The translations under genes and the position numbers were made by a program. From positions 6,784-70,783 of the forward strand of contig CAAGLF010000027.1 in the NCBI GenBank assembly GCA_900770705.1: a stretch of DNA of 64,000 bases, in the 5' to 3' direction. This document shows positions 9,714-19,215 of the stretch, piece after piece (positions within the stretch are counted from its first letter, which is position 1; every line of letters starts with the position of its first letter). The notes under the pieces were generated by a model, which worked only from the letters and a program-made list of their open reading frames with translations, did no database searches and was not told the origin of the DNA. This DNA is from Bacteroidaceae bacterium (lineage in GTDB: Bacteria > Bacteroidota > Bacteroidia > Bacteroidales > Bacteroidaceae).

Positions 9714-10703
9714 ATGAACAGACTCGAACGCCCCAATCTCTTGCCGGGGCTACTGATTGTTTTAGGAGTGATATCGCTTTTCGCCATAGGCGGATGGTAC
9801 GCCTGGCAGCCGCAGGAGGACCTTCTGCAGGGCCAGGCCGAAGTGGCGGAGTACCGCGTGTCGGGCAAAGTGCCGGGCAGAGTGCTGAAAATCTACGTCG
9901 AAGAAGGGCAGACCGTGCATGCCGGCGATACACTGGCCGTGCTCGAGGCCCCCGATGTACAGGCCAAGTTGCAGCAGGCCGAGGCCGCTGAGCAGATGGC
10001 CGCTGCCGGCAGCCGCAAGGCCGAGGCCGGAGCACGCAGGGAGCAGATAGCCGCCGCTTACGAGATGTGGCAGAAAGCCAAGGCCGGCGCCGAGATTTCC
10101 GAGAAGTCATATAAGCGCGTGAAGAACCTTTTCGAGGAAGGCGTGGTCACCGCCCAGAAGCTTGATGAGGCCCTGGCGCAGCGCGATGCCGCCCTCGCTA
10201 CCGAGCGGGCCGCCCGGGCACAGTATGAGCAGGCCGAAAACGGCGCCCGTCAGGAAGACAGGGACGCCGCCCGGGCCGGCGTGGCTCGCGCCAGGGGAGC
10301 CGTGGCCGAGGTAGACAGCTATATGAAGGAGACAGTGCTCGTCGCGCCGGAAGATGGCGAAGTGACGGATATCTATCCCGAACCCGGAGAGCTGGTCGGC
10401 ACCGGTGCGCCCATTATGAGCGTCGGCAAGATGCAGCAGCTCTGGATAAGTTTCAACGTGCGCGAAGACAAGCTCTCCCGGCTGCCTATGAATGCCACGG
10501 TGGAGGTCAGTGTGCCGGCTCTCGGCGGCCGTCGCGTGAAGTGTCGGGTCTACTCCGTGAAAGATCGCGGCGCCTATGCCGCCTGGAAGGCCACGAAGAG
10601 TACGGGCCAGTACGATATGAAGACCTTCGAGGTGAAGGTCCGCCCCCTGCAGCCCGTTGAGGGCCTGCGGCCGGGTATGAGCGTCTTGTCGGTAAGCAAA
10701 TAA
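9714..10703 (+). CDS. HlyD-family membrane fusion protein
   Basis: N-terminal TM, VSGKVPGRV..EEGQTV..GD biotinyl-like half, coiled coil, APEDGEV, GLRPGMS. Confidence 0.92.
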   Translation: MNRLERPNLLPGLLIVLGVISLFAIGGWYAWQPQEDLLQGQAEVAEYRVSGKVPGRVLKIYVEEGQTVHAGDTLAVLEAPDVQAKLQQAEAAEQMAAAGSRKAEAGARREQIAAAYEMWQKAKAGAEISEKSYKRVKNLFEEGVVTAQKLDEALAQRDAALATERAARAQYEQAENGARQEDRDAARAGVARARGAVAEVDSYMKETVLVAPEDGEVTDIYPEPGELVGTGAPIMSVGKMQQLWISFNVREDKLSRLPMNATVEVSVPALGGRRVKCRVYSVKDRGAYAAWKATKSTGQYDMKTFEVKVRPLQPVEGLRPGMSVLSVSK

Positions 10704-10752
10704 AGGAATTGCAGTGGCCCCGCTGTGGCTGCTGCCGGTCAAGATACAGGCA

Positions 10753-11895
10753 ATGATCAAGGAGAAATGGAAAAATAGCTTGCGGAGTCCGCTCTTTTGG
10801 TTCGCGACAGTGGTGGCGCCCCTGGCTTGCTGTCTGTTTTTCACCTCGTTGATGAAGAGTGGACTGCCGGCCGAAATGCCTATCGGTCTTGTCGACGAAG
10901 ACGCCACGGCTACCTCGCGCGAGATTGGCCGCAATCTCGACGCCTTTCAGCACGTCCGCCTGGCCGGCCGCTACGCCACCGTGGCGGAAGCCCGCAAGGC
11001 GATGCAGCAGGGCGACATCTATGGTTTCTATCTCATTCCCCGGCAGACCGCCCGTCGGGCACAGCGCGGCGAAGTGCCCACCGTGTCTTTCTACACCAGC
11101 TATTCCTATCTCGTGGCAGGCTCGCTGATCTACAAAGATATGCGCACGATGGCCGAACTGTCGTCCGGAGCCGCCGCGCGCAGCGTGCTGTATGCCCGCG
11201 GAGCCACCGAACGGCAGGCTATGGCCTATCTGCAACCGATTGTCATCGATGTAAATCCCATTGGCAACCCATGGCTGAATTATAGTGTCTACCTGTCGAA
11301 TACGCTGGTGCCGGGCGTGCTCTGTCTCTTCGTTCTGCTGCTGACGGGCTACACCCTCGGTGCCGACTTCAAGGCGGGAAGGGCGCGTACAGCCCTCGAA
11401 AGGTGTGGCGGCAGCGTGTTCCGCCTGCTTTTCGCGCAGCTGCTTCCGCAGACGGTGGCTTTTCTGCTGACCGGCGGTCTGATAGTGCTTATTCTCTACG
11501 GCGTACTGCGCTATCCCTGCTTCTGTGGCATTCCGACGATGCTGCTTGTCGTTTCGCTCTTGGTACTGGCGGCGCAGGGCTTGGGCATAGCCATCTTTTC
11601 CCTGCTTCCCACGCAGCGTATGGCGATGAGCGGCGGTGCGCTGTTGGGCGTTGTGTCGTTCAGTATATGCGGAATGTCTTTCCCCGTGATGGCTATGCAC
11701 CCCGCCTTGCAGGGACTCGCGCTGCTTTCGCCCCTGCGCCATTACTTTCTGCTGTATGTCAACTGCGCTCTCGATGGTTACTCCCTGCTGAATGCCTGGC
11801 CCTACGTCGTGGCACTGCTGCTGATGGCGCTGTTGCCGCTGCCGGTGGCCCCGCTGCTGAGGAAGGCATTCCTGCGCTATGGCTACGAACCCTGA
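10753..11895 (+). CDS. ABC-2 type transporter permease (YbhS/YhhJ-like)
   Basis: TM + periplasmic PIGLVDED domain, NPWLNYSVYL, multiple TMs, FSICGMSFP. Confidence 0.88.
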   Translation: MIKEKWKNSLRSPLFWFATVVAPLACCLFFTSLMKSGLPAEMPIGLVDEDATATSREIGRNLDAFQHVRLAGRYATVAEARKAMQQGDIYGFYLIPRQTARRAQRGEVPTVSFYTSYSYLVAGSLIYKDMRTMAELSSGAAARSVLYARGATERQAMAYLQPIVIDVNPIGNPWLNYSVYLSNTLVPGVLCLFVLLLTGYTLGADFKAGRARTALERCGGSVFRLLFAQLLPQTVAFLLTGGLIVLILYGVLRYPCFCGIPTMLLVVSLLVLAAQGLGIAIFSLLPTQRMAMSGGALLGVVSFSICGMSFPVMAMHPALQGLALLSPLRHYFLLYVNCALDGYSLLNAWPYVVALLLMALLPLPVAPLLRKAFLRYGYEP

Positions 11896-11910
11896 ACAAC
11901 GCTCCGAAAA

Positions 11911-13128
11911 ATGCTTTCAGTCACTCCTTATATATATAATACCGCAGAATGGTTCCGCACGGCCGCCCGCGAGATGTGGCGGGCGCTGCGGGAGGCCTTG
12001 ACGGACCAGGGACAGCTGATGTTCCTCGTGATCGTGCCGCTTTTCTACCCCCTGCTTTACAGTTTTATCTACACTGGCGAGGTAGTCCGCGAGGTTCCCG
12101 TTGCCGTTGTCGACCAAAGCCATACGGCCGCCTCGCGGGAATTCCTCCGCCGCCTCGACGCCACGGCCGACGTGGAGATAGTAGCCCGTGTGGCCGACCT
12201 GGCGGAGGCCAAGTCGCTGGTACGCAGCCGCGATGCCTACGGAGTGGTCGTTGTGCCCGAAGCCTTTGCCTCTGATATAGCCCGTGGGGAGCAGACCCAC
12301 GTCGAGGCTTACGTTGATATGAGCGGAATGCTCTACTACAAGGCCATCCTCGCCTCCTGCACCAACGTGTCGCTCACGATGAACGCCGAAATCAAGGTGG
12401 CACGTGCCGGAGGAATGACGCGCCGGCAGGAAGAGGTGACGGTGCAGCCCATTGCTTACGAGGAAGTATCGCTCTTCAATCCGCAGGGCGGCTTTGCCTC
12501 TTTCCTCATACCTGCCGTGCTGATACTCGTGTTGCAGCAGACCCTGCTTCTGGGCATTACGATGGGGCTGGGCACGCGGCGTGACCGCCTTCCGGCCGGC
12601 CGCGTCAGCCTGTCAGCCCCCTCCGTCGTCTTTACTGCGGCCCGCCTTGTCGGCAGGGCTTCCGCCTATTTCCTGCTGTACCTCCCGGTCTCGGTGTATG
12701 TGCTGGGCGTAGTACCGAAGTGGTTCTCCCTGCCCCAGATCGGCGGGGGGGGGGACATTGCGGCCCTGACAGTACCGCTGCTGCTGGCCACGATCTTCCT
12801 CGCCTTCACCCTCGGCGTGGCGGTCAGGCAGCGGGAGACGGGCCTCCTGCTGATTGTCTTCACCAGCGTGCCGCTGCTTTTCCTGAGCGGCATATCCTGG
12901 CCGGGCAGTGCCGTTGCCGAAGGCTGGAAAGCCCTGGGCTACCTCTTTCCCTCCACGTTCGGAATCAATGGCTTCGTGCGGGTGAACACGATGGGGGCCA
13001 GCCTCCCCGACGTGTCCCACGAATGCCGTATGCTGTGGCTGCAAACCGCCGTTTACTTCGTTACCGCTCTGGCTGCCACCTATGTAGTCGGTCGAAAAAA
13101 CGCCATTTCCGCCAAAAAAGCCTTGTAG
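11911..13128 (+). CDS. ABC-2 type transporter permease (YbhR-like)
   Basis: VPVAVVDQS, LFNPQGGFASF, FLSGISWP, multiple TMs. Confidence 0.88.
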   Translation: MLSVTPYIYNTAEWFRTAAREMWRALREALTDQGQLMFLVIVPLFYPLLYSFIYTGEVVREVPVAVVDQSHTAASREFLRRLDATADVEIVARVADLAEAKSLVRSRDAYGVVVVPEAFASDIARGEQTHVEAYVDMSGMLYYKAILASCTNVSLTMNAEIKVARAGGMTRRQEEVTVQPIAYEEVSLFNPQGGFASFLIPAVLILVLQQTLLLGITMGLGTRRDRLPAGRVSLSAPSVVFTAARLVGRASAYFLLYLPVSVYVLGVVPKWFSLPQIGGGGDIAALTVPLLLATIFLAFTLGVAVRQRETGLLLIVFTSVPLLFLSGISWPGSAVAEGWKALGYLFPSTFGINGFVRVNTMGASLPDVSHECRMLWLQTAVYFVTALAATYVVGRKNAISAKKAL

Positions 13129-13154
13129 AATTGCAGTAGTTCAAAAATAATCCG

Positions 13155-13162
13155 TATTTTTG
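13155..13162 (+). promoter_or_regulatory. -7 promoter element for frr
   Basis: TATTTTTG matches TAnnTTTG. Confidence 0.65.
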
Positions 13163-13179
13163 TTTCGCAAAAAAACAAT

Positions 13180-13290
13180 GACATCGGAGTTCCCGAAAAG
13201 TTCTGCGGAGATAGTTTTCCGTACAGCGGCGAAAGTTTTTCGTAGCTCGGAGCTAATTTTTTTTTCAGGCCTTGAAGTTGCGCCGATGTC
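13180..13290. repeat. 21-bp-periodic array, copy 2 (putative frr 5' leader)
   Basis: Units at 13182 CATCGGAGTTCCCGAAAAGTT, 13203 CTGCGGAGATAGTTTTCCGTA, 13224 CAGCGGCGAAAGTTTTTCGTA, 13245 GCTCGGAGCTAATTTTTTTTT, 13266 CAGGCCTTGAAGTTG; bounded by 8-bp IR GACATCGG/CCGATGTC. Confidence 0.8.
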
Positions 13291-13321
13291 TGGTACTAAT
13301 TTCTAATACCCCGAACGTAAA

Positions 13322-13882
13322 ATGTTAGACGTCAAACAAACGCTTGCCGACTGCGAAGAAAGAATGGAGATGAGTGTGCTCCACTTGGAAGAAACGCTCT
13401 CGCACATCCGCGCAGGAAAGGCCAACGCCCACATCCTCGACGAAGTAAGGGTGAATAGTTACGGCTCGATGGTGCCTATCAACAACGTGGCGGCCATCAC
13501 CACCCCCGATCCCCGCACGATAGCCATCAAGCCTTGGGACAAGTCGATGTTCCGCCCCATCGAGAAGGCCATTATCGACTCCAATGTAGGCATTATGCCT
13601 GAAAACAACGGCGAAGTCATCCGCCTGGGCATTCCCCCGCTTACCGAAGAGCGTCGGCGCGACCTCACCAAGCAGTGCAGCCGCGAGGCCGAGGAAAGTA
13701 AGGTGGCCATCCGGGCCGCCCGCCGCGACGGAATCGAAAAGCTGAAGAAGTCTGTCAAGGACGGAGTGCCCGAAGACGTGGAAAAGGACGCCGAAGCCGA
13801 CCTGCAGAAGATTCACGACCGTATGGTCAAGAAAATCGAGGACCTGCTGGCAGCCAAGAGCAAGGAGATAATGACGGTATAG
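13322..13882 (+). CDS. frr: Ribosome recycling factor
   Basis: IRAGKA, IKPWDKS, IPPLTEERR, KEIMTV. Confidence 0.98.
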   Translation: MLDVKQTLADCEERMEMSVLHLEETLSHIRAGKANAHILDEVRVNSYGSMVPINNVAAITTPDPRTIAIKPWDKSMFRPIEKAIIDSNVGIMPENNGEVIRLGIPPLTEERRRDLTKQCSREAEESKVAIRAARRDGIEKLKKSVKDGVPEDVEKDAEADLQKIHDRMVKKIEDLLAAKSKEIMTV

Positions 13883-13974
13883 CCGTCGGAAGAACCGGCA
13901 GTTTGGGAGTTCGGAGCGAATGGCGGGCTTTCCCGCCGCCGTCCGGACTCCCAAAGTCGCTTTTCTCCCGTTGT

Positions 13975-14910
13975 ATGCAAGGAATAGTAGTCAGAAATAC
14001 CGGTAGCTGGTACATCGTGCAGACCACCGACGGACGCAGGATAGAATGCAAGGTCAAGGGCAACTTTCGCCTCCGTGGCATTCGCTCCACCAACCCCGTC
14101 GCCGTGGGCGACTGCGTCACCGTGCGCCAGGAAGCCGGCGCTGCGGCAGCCTTCATCACCGAAATTGCCGAGCGCCGCAACTATATCGTGCGCAAAGCCT
14201 CCAACTTGTCGAAGCAGAGCCACATCCTGGCGGCGAACATCGACCTTACCGTCCTTCTGGTCACTACAAAGCGTCCCGAAACCACCACTACATTCATCGA
14301 CCGCTTCCTGGCAAGCGCCGAAGCGTACCGCGTGCCGGCCGTGGTGGCCTTCAACAAAATAGACGAGCTGCAGAACGACGAAAAGGAGAGGCTGCGCTAC
14401 CTGCAGACAGTTTACGAAGCGGCCCGCTATCCCTGCCACTTCATCTCGGCCCTCTCCGGCGAAGGCGTACCGGCCCTGCTGGAGGAAATGCAGGGCAAGA
14501 CCACCCTGCTGGCCGGGCACTCCGGAGTGGGTAAGTCCACACTCCTCAACCGCCTCGTGCCCGAAGCCCACGCCAAGACGGCCGAAATCTCCACAGCCCA
14601 CCAGTCCGGAATGCACACCACCACGTTCAGCGAACTCTTCGCCCTGCCCGGCGGCGGAGGCGTCATAGATATTCCCGGCATCAAGGGCTTCGGCACCTTT
14701 GATATGGAGCAAGAGGAGATTTCCCACTACTTCCGCGACATCTTCGCCCTCTCCGGAGACTGCAGGTTCCACAACTGTACCCACACCCACGAGCCCGGGT
14801 GCGCCGTGCTCGACGCTTTGGAGAACCATCGCCTCGCGCCGACGCGCTATGCCTCGTACCTCTCTATGCTGGACGACGAGAACGACGGCAAGTACCGCGC
14901 GGCATTTTAG
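13975..14910 (+). CDS. rsgA: Ribosome small subunit-dependent GTPase A
   Basis: AVGD, ANID, NKID, GHSGVGKST, GMHTTT, DIPG, CRFHNCTHTHEPGC. Confidence 0.97.
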   Translation: MQGIVVRNTGSWYIVQTTDGRRIECKVKGNFRLRGIRSTNPVAVGDCVTVRQEAGAAAAFITEIAERRNYIVRKASNLSKQSHILAANIDLTVLLVTTKRPETTTTFIDRFLASAEAYRVPAVVAFNKIDELQNDEKERLRYLQTVYEAARYPCHFISALSGEGVPALLEEMQGKTTLLAGHSGVGKSTLLNRLVPEAHAKTAEISTAHQSGMHTTTFSELFALPGGGGVIDIPGIKGFGTFDMEQEEISHYFRDIFALSGDCRFHNCTHTHEPGCAVLDALENHRLAPTRYASYLSMLDDENDGKYRAAF

Positions 14911-14988
14911 CCGCAGACGCCCATACGTCCGCCTCGCGGAGCGTCTTCCATCCCTGATTCCTCACCGAAACGAACGTTATCCCACCTT

Positions 14989-15465
14989 ATGTCAACTTCC
15001 CTACTCATTATTCTGCTCGCAGCCCTGTCGCTGCTGCTCTTTGCCGTCGAGGCGCTGCTGGTGCCCGGCTTCGGACTGCCCGGCATCGCGGCTGCAGCTT
15101 GTGCCATCGCGGCCGACGTGCTGGTCTATACGGAGTATGGCACGTTGCCCGCCCTGCTGCTTTTTCTGGCGGCCACGGCAGTCGTGCTGTTCTTCCTCTG
15201 GTGGTTCTCCCGCTCCAAGGCACTGCACGCCATGTCCCTGCAAGCCTCCATCGACAGCACGAACGCCACTTCCGCCCAGCTTTCCGTGCGTCCGGGCGAC
15301 CGCGGCGTAGCTACCACCCGCCTGGCACTCATCGGCAATGCCGCGATTGAAGGCAAGAGCGTGGAGGTAAAGTCCACCGGCGCCTTCGTCGATCCCGGCA
15401 CGCCCGTGATAGTGGTGTCGGTCAGCGAGGCGCAGATACTTGTCGAGCCGGAGCACAGGGCCTGA
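14989..15465 (+). CDS. NfeD-like membrane protein (C-terminal OB fold)
   Basis: Hydrophobic N-terminus with EALLVPGFG, then GDRGVATTRLALIG...EVKS..FVDPGT. Confidence 0.8.
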   Translation: MSTSLLIILLAALSLLLFAVEALLVPGFGLPGIAAAACAIAADVLVYTEYGTLPALLLFLAATAVVLFFLWWFSRSKALHAMSLQASIDSTNATSAQLSVRPGDRGVATTRLALIGNAAIEGKSVEVKSTGAFVDPGTPVIVVSVSEAQILVEPEHRA

Positions 15466-15505
15466 GGCATCCTCGCCGCCGCTGCCCCGCACTCCGCCTT
15501 GCGTA

Positions 15506-15589
15506 CAAAGGAGGTAGTTGAAACTATCGCGGCGAAAGTTCGTTTTTCTGCGGCGGAAGTTTTTTCTTTCGGCCCGGTTCTTCGGCGTA
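15506..15589. repeat. 21-bp-periodic array, copy 3
   Basis: Units at 15506 CAAAGGAGGTAGTTGAAACTA, 15527 TCGCGGCGAAAGTTCGTTTTT, 15548 CTGCGGCGGAAGTTTTTTCTT, 15569 TCGGCCCGGTTCTTC. Confidence 0.8.
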
Positions 15590-15700
15590 GCTCGCAGCCG
15601 CAGTGTCCTCTGCGTGGGCGGAACGTCCGCTTTTCTGGCATATTCCGCGTTCGGAGCCGGGTTTACGCCCTTCGATGACCGTCGGTTTGCATATAATTGT

Positions 15701-15708
15701 TAACTTTG
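15701..15708 (+). promoter_or_regulatory. -7 promoter element for LysE operon
   Basis: TAACTTTG, 9 nt before ATG 15717. Confidence 0.7.
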
Positions 15709-15716
15709 CACCCCGT

Positions 15717-16394
15717 ATGAACCACATCGCGCAATTTTGGTTGGAATACAGCAGCCCTTTCCTGCTTCTGGTGAAAGGTTTGCTGATAGGAGTCATCGCT
15801 TCCGCACCGATGGGGCCCGTGGGCGTGCTCTGTATCCAGCGCACCATGCTGAAAGGCCGTTCCTACGGCCTGGCCACCGGAGCCGGGGCGGCCTTGAGCG
15901 ATATTATCTACGCCTTGATTACCGGTTTGGGCATGTCTTTTGTGATGGACTTCGTGGAACAGGGACAAACCCTCTTCATACTGAAACTTCTGGGCAGTGC
16001 CATGCTGTTTGTCTTTGGGATATATATGCTTCGCATTGACCCGCGCAAATGTATCCGCCGTCCGTCGGGAAACAAGGGCACGTTGGTGCACAATTTCGTC
16101 ACGGCATTTTTCGTTACCTTCTCCAATCCGCTGATTATCTTCCTCTTCATCGCGCTTTTCAATATGTTCACGTTCGTTATCCCCGACAATCTTTTCGGTC
16201 AGTGCGTGGGATACATCAGTATCGTGGCCGGCGCGATGCTTTGGTGGGCGGGACTTACTTATGTCTTGACGAGAATGACGCGCAACTTCGGCCTGCGTGG
16301 CATTTTCCGCCTCAACCACACCATCGGCGTGGTCGTAGTGGCCGTTTCCGTGATATATGCGCTGATGACATTGCTGCATCTGTCGCTCTACTGA
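15717..16394 (+). CDS. LysE-family translocator
   Basis: SAPMGPVGVLCIQRT, GAALSD, TFSNPL; six hydrophobic segments. Confidence 0.9.
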   Translation: MNHIAQFWLEYSSPFLLLVKGLLIGVIASAPMGPVGVLCIQRTMLKGRSYGLATGAGAALSDIIYALITGLGMSFVMDFVEQGQTLFILKLLGSAMLFVFGIYMLRIDPRKCIRRPSGNKGTLVHNFVTAFFVTFSNPLIIFLFIALFNMFTFVIPDNLFGQCVGYISIVAGAMLWWAGLTYVLTRMTRNFGLRGIFRLNHTIGVVVVAVSVIYALMTLLHLSLY

Positions 16395-16443
16395 AGCCGC
16401 TGGCAGCTCCCGTCGCCGACTCCCGATTTACGAAAGCCTGCTT

Positions 16444-16989
16444 ATGCTGATAGCCAACCGACTGAAAGAAACCAACCGCGCAGAATATCTCCTCTATATG
16501 TGGCAAGTGGAGGATTTGCTCCGTGCCTATGACTGCGACGCCGACCGTCTGCAGCGCGAATACCTCTCCCGCTTCGACTGCAGCGACGGGGAGCGCGCCG
16601 AGGCCGCCCGTTGGTATGCCGACCTCTGCGATATGCTGCTCTCTGAAGGCAAGCGGCAGAAGGGGCACCTGCAGATTTGCCACAACATACTCGACGGGCT
16701 CACCGAACTCCACGAAAAGCTGCTCCGCGACCCCCGTTTCTCCCAGTACAGTGCCGCCTACTACAAGGCGTTGCCCCACATCGTCGAACTCAGGGCGCGG
16801 CAGGGAGAAGAGGTACTGCCCGAACTCGAAACTTGCTTCGACGCTATGTACGGTATCTGGCTCCTGAAAATGCAGCAGAAGGAGATTTCTCCGGACACGG
16901 CCGCGGCCGTCGGCCATATTGCCGACCTGCTTGCCCGCCTCTCCGCTTACTGGAAGAAGGACAAGGCCGGAGAAATCGACTGGGACTGA
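16444..16989 (+). CDS. Conserved Bacteroidetes protein (DUF4924-like)
   Basis: NRAEYLLYMWQVEDLLRA, WY..L..M..EG...GHL. Confidence 0.8.
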   Translation: MLIANRLKETNRAEYLLYMWQVEDLLRAYDCDADRLQREYLSRFDCSDGERAEAARWYADLCDMLLSEGKRQKGHLQICHNILDGLTELHEKLLRDPRFSQYSAAYYKALPHIVELRARQGEEVLPELETCFDAMYGIWLLKMQQKEISPDTAAAVGHIADLLARLSAYWKKDKAGEIDWD

Positions 16990-17055
16990 ACCACGGCCGC
17001 CCGACACGGCGGAAAGCAGCTCGTACAACGCCAAATACAAACCCACATCCCTATA

Positions 17056-17913
17056 ATGAAGAATATCCTCGTCACCGGTTGCCGCGGTCAGCTTGGAAAC
17101 GAAATCCAGCGCCTTGCCGGTGAATACCGCGACCGCTTCCACTTCCTCTTTACCGACGTGGCCGAACTGGACATCACGGACAGAAAGGCCGTTACCGACT
17201 TCATCGAACGACATTCCGTGGCCATCGTCATCAATTGCGCCGCATTCACGGCCGTCGACAAGGCCGAGTCGGAGCCCGAACGCTGCGACCTGCTGAACCG
17301 CGTGGCCCCCGGCTATCTCGCTGAAGCCGTGGCAGCCGTCGGAGGCACGATGGTTCAGATTTCCACCGACTATGTATTCGACGGTACCGCCCACCTGCCT
17401 TATCGTGAGGACGACCCCACCAGTCCTGCCAGCGTCTACGGGCGCACGAAGCTGGCCGGCGAGGAAGCCGTCATCCGCAGTTGTGCCGGCTCTATGGTCG
17501 TCCGTACGGCCTGGCTCTACTCCACGTTTGGCAACAACTTCGTAAAGACGATGATCCGCCTTGGCCGGGAGCGCGACAGCCTGGGTGTGGTGGCCGATCA
17601 GATAGGTACACCGACGTATGCCCGCGACCTGGCCGCCGCTATCCTTTGTGCGGTCGACCGCGGCATAGTTCCGGGCGTCTACCACTATACCAACGAGGGC
17701 GTATGTTCGTGGTACGACTTCGCACAGGCCATCCACCGCCTCGCAGGGGTGGGAAGCTGCCGCCTACGTCCGCTTCACACGGAAGAATATCCCGTGCCCG
17801 CTCCGCGGCCGCACTACTCCGTGCTCGACAAGACCAAGATAAAGGAAACCTTCGGCCTCGAAATCCCCTGGTGGGAGGACAGTCTGCGCGATTGTATCAA
17901 GGCGCTCGACTGA
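17056..17913 (+). CDS. rfbD: dTDP-4-dehydrorhamnose reductase
   Basis: GCRGQLG, NCAAFTAVDKAE, ISTDYVFDG, YGRTK, DQIGTPT. Confidence 0.96.
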   Translation: MKNILVTGCRGQLGNEIQRLAGEYRDRFHFLFTDVAELDITDRKAVTDFIERHSVAIVINCAAFTAVDKAESEPERCDLLNRVAPGYLAEAVAAVGGTMVQISTDYVFDGTAHLPYREDDPTSPASVYGRTKLAGEEAVIRSCAGSMVVRTAWLYSTFGNNFVKTMIRLGRERDSLGVVADQIGTPTYARDLAAAILCAVDRGIVPGVYHYTNEGVCSWYDFAQAIHRLAGVGSCRLRPLHTEEYPVPAPRPHYSVLDKTKIKETFGLEIPWWEDSLRDCIKALD

Positions 17914-17935
17914 CGCGCGCCCACTTGCTTCATAC

Positions 17936-17978
17936 AGCCGCCCCGTCCGCTTCTCTTCCGAGTGCGGGCGGGGCGGCT
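17936..17978. terminator. Hairpin between convergent rfbD and DUF2812 gene
   Basis: AGCCGCCCCGTCCGC...GCGGGCGGGGCGGCT inverted repeat. Confidence 0.55.
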
Positions 17979-18029
17979 TCCAGTACACAAAGGCGTTGTT
18001 CAACGGGTGTTTATTGTTTTTCCTCCCTG

Positions 18030-18617
18030 CTATCCGCCGATGGTGAGGCGGTCGATGAGGCTTGTGGTGCGTTTGCGAAGACGGGTGATGATAGGTACGT
18101 AGAGCACGGTCAGTGCCACGATGACGCTGATGCTTATGCCGAGCTGCATGCCGTGCAGAAAGTCGGAGAGCGGCGTTCCTTCGTTGGCGAAGAGCAGTGC
18201 CAGCAGCGTGAGTCCCACGCAGGCGCAGGAAATACAGAGCAGCAGACACAGCATTCGGGTGGCAAAGCTGTACGCCTTGTTGCTCATCCGCAGTTTTACG
18301 CCCAGATCGTCTGCATTGCCGAAGCCGCCCTTCTGGCGGGGAGCGCGCAAGTATCTCCACTCCTTGAATCTCCCCACGGTCTCTACGCCGCATTCAGCCT
18401 GGAAGCGGTAGTAATTCTCCGTGTCGTGGTCGTCCATCTGCTCGTCGGGCAGGTCTAGCCGGTATTCGTACTCTCCGGGCTTGCCTTCGACGAAGGTAAA
18501 GAGCAGTCCGTTGGTATGTTGGAAATTCCATCCCTGTGCCGCCATTTTGTTGAGCCATTCTTCTTCCTTTTCATAGTCGGCAATGGTGAAGAAGCGCAGA
18601 CATCTTTTTTTCTTCAT
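18030..18617 (-). CDS. DUF2812-family membrane protein
   Basis: EKEEEWLNKMAAQGW, YEYRLD, WRYLR, two C-terminal TMs; downstream of PadR gene. Confidence 0.85.
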   Translation of the reverse strand: MKKKRCLRFFTIADYEKEEEWLNKMAAQGWNFQHTNGLLFTFVEGKPGEYEYRLDLPDEQMDDHDTENYYRFQAECGVETVGRFKEWRYLRAPRQKGGFGNADDLGVKLRMSNKAYSFATRMLCLLLCISCACVGLTLLALLFANEGTPLSDFLHGMQLGISISVIVALTVLYVPIITRLRKRTTSLIDRLTIGG

Positions 18618-18645
18618 AGTCCGAAATCGTTGAATGTTAGTAGTT

Positions 18646-18954
18646 CTACAATAGTTCCTCGCCGTTTCGCACAAGTTCGCGCAGACGTTCCAGTTCCTGC
18701 AGCAGTACTTCCTTTCCTGCCGGCGTGAGGGCGTATTCCTTTTTCCGGCTGTCGGCCTCTGTTTCGAGGGCCTCGATCCACGCCTTGCCCATCAGGTTCG
18801 ACAGGGCACCGTAGAGCGTGCCGGCCGACAGCCTCACACGTCCGTTGCTGAGCTTTTCCGTCTCCTTTATCACGCCGTAGCCGTGCAGGGGCCGGCGCAG
18901 CGAAAGCAGTATGTAGTACACCGCTTCCGATAGAACGTTGTTCGTGGTGTGCAT
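18646..18954 (-). CDS. PadR-family transcriptional regulator
   Basis: YYILLSL..PLHGYG, LSAGTLYGAL, RKKEYALT..GK. Confidence 0.93.
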   Translation of the reverse strand: MHTTNNVLSEAVYYILLSLRRPLHGYGVIKETEKLSNGRVRLSAGTLYGALSNLMGKAWIEALETEADSRKKEYALTPAGKEVLLQELERLRELVRNGEELL

Positions 18955-18959
18955 TTCGA

Positions 18960-18984
18960 TATATCGTTTGACGATACAAAGTTA
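18960..18984 (-). promoter_or_regulatory. padR promoter -7 box with overlapping palindromic operator candidate
   Basis: TAACTTTG on minus strand (18977-18984); TATATCG-N5-CGATACA palindrome at 18960-18978. Confidence 0.6.
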
Positions 18985-19074
18985 TACGATATATTTTGTC
19001 CGGCCAAATTTTTTCTTGCTTTTTTGAAATTTTTCCGCGTGGCGTGGCCGTAGTGCGCTGCCACTTCCTCCGCC

Positions 19075-19164
19075 GAAATACCTCCGAGGAAATTTCGATT
19101 TGTGCCGCAGTACTTTTTCTTTTCTCGGCGGAAGTTTTTTCTTTCGCGGCAGAAATCAGACGGG
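19075..19164. repeat. 21-bp-periodic array, copy 4 (padR/ATPase divergent region)
   Basis: Units at 19081 CCTCCGAGGAAATTTCGATTT, 19102 GTGCCGCAGTACTTTTTCTTT, 19123 TCTCGGCGGAAGTTTTTTCTT, 19144 TCGCGGCAGAAATCAG. Confidence 0.85.
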
Positions 19165-19215
19165 TTGTCGCGAAAGCCTGCATAGCTGGGTCTGCCCGGC
19201 GGGGCGCAGGCCTTT

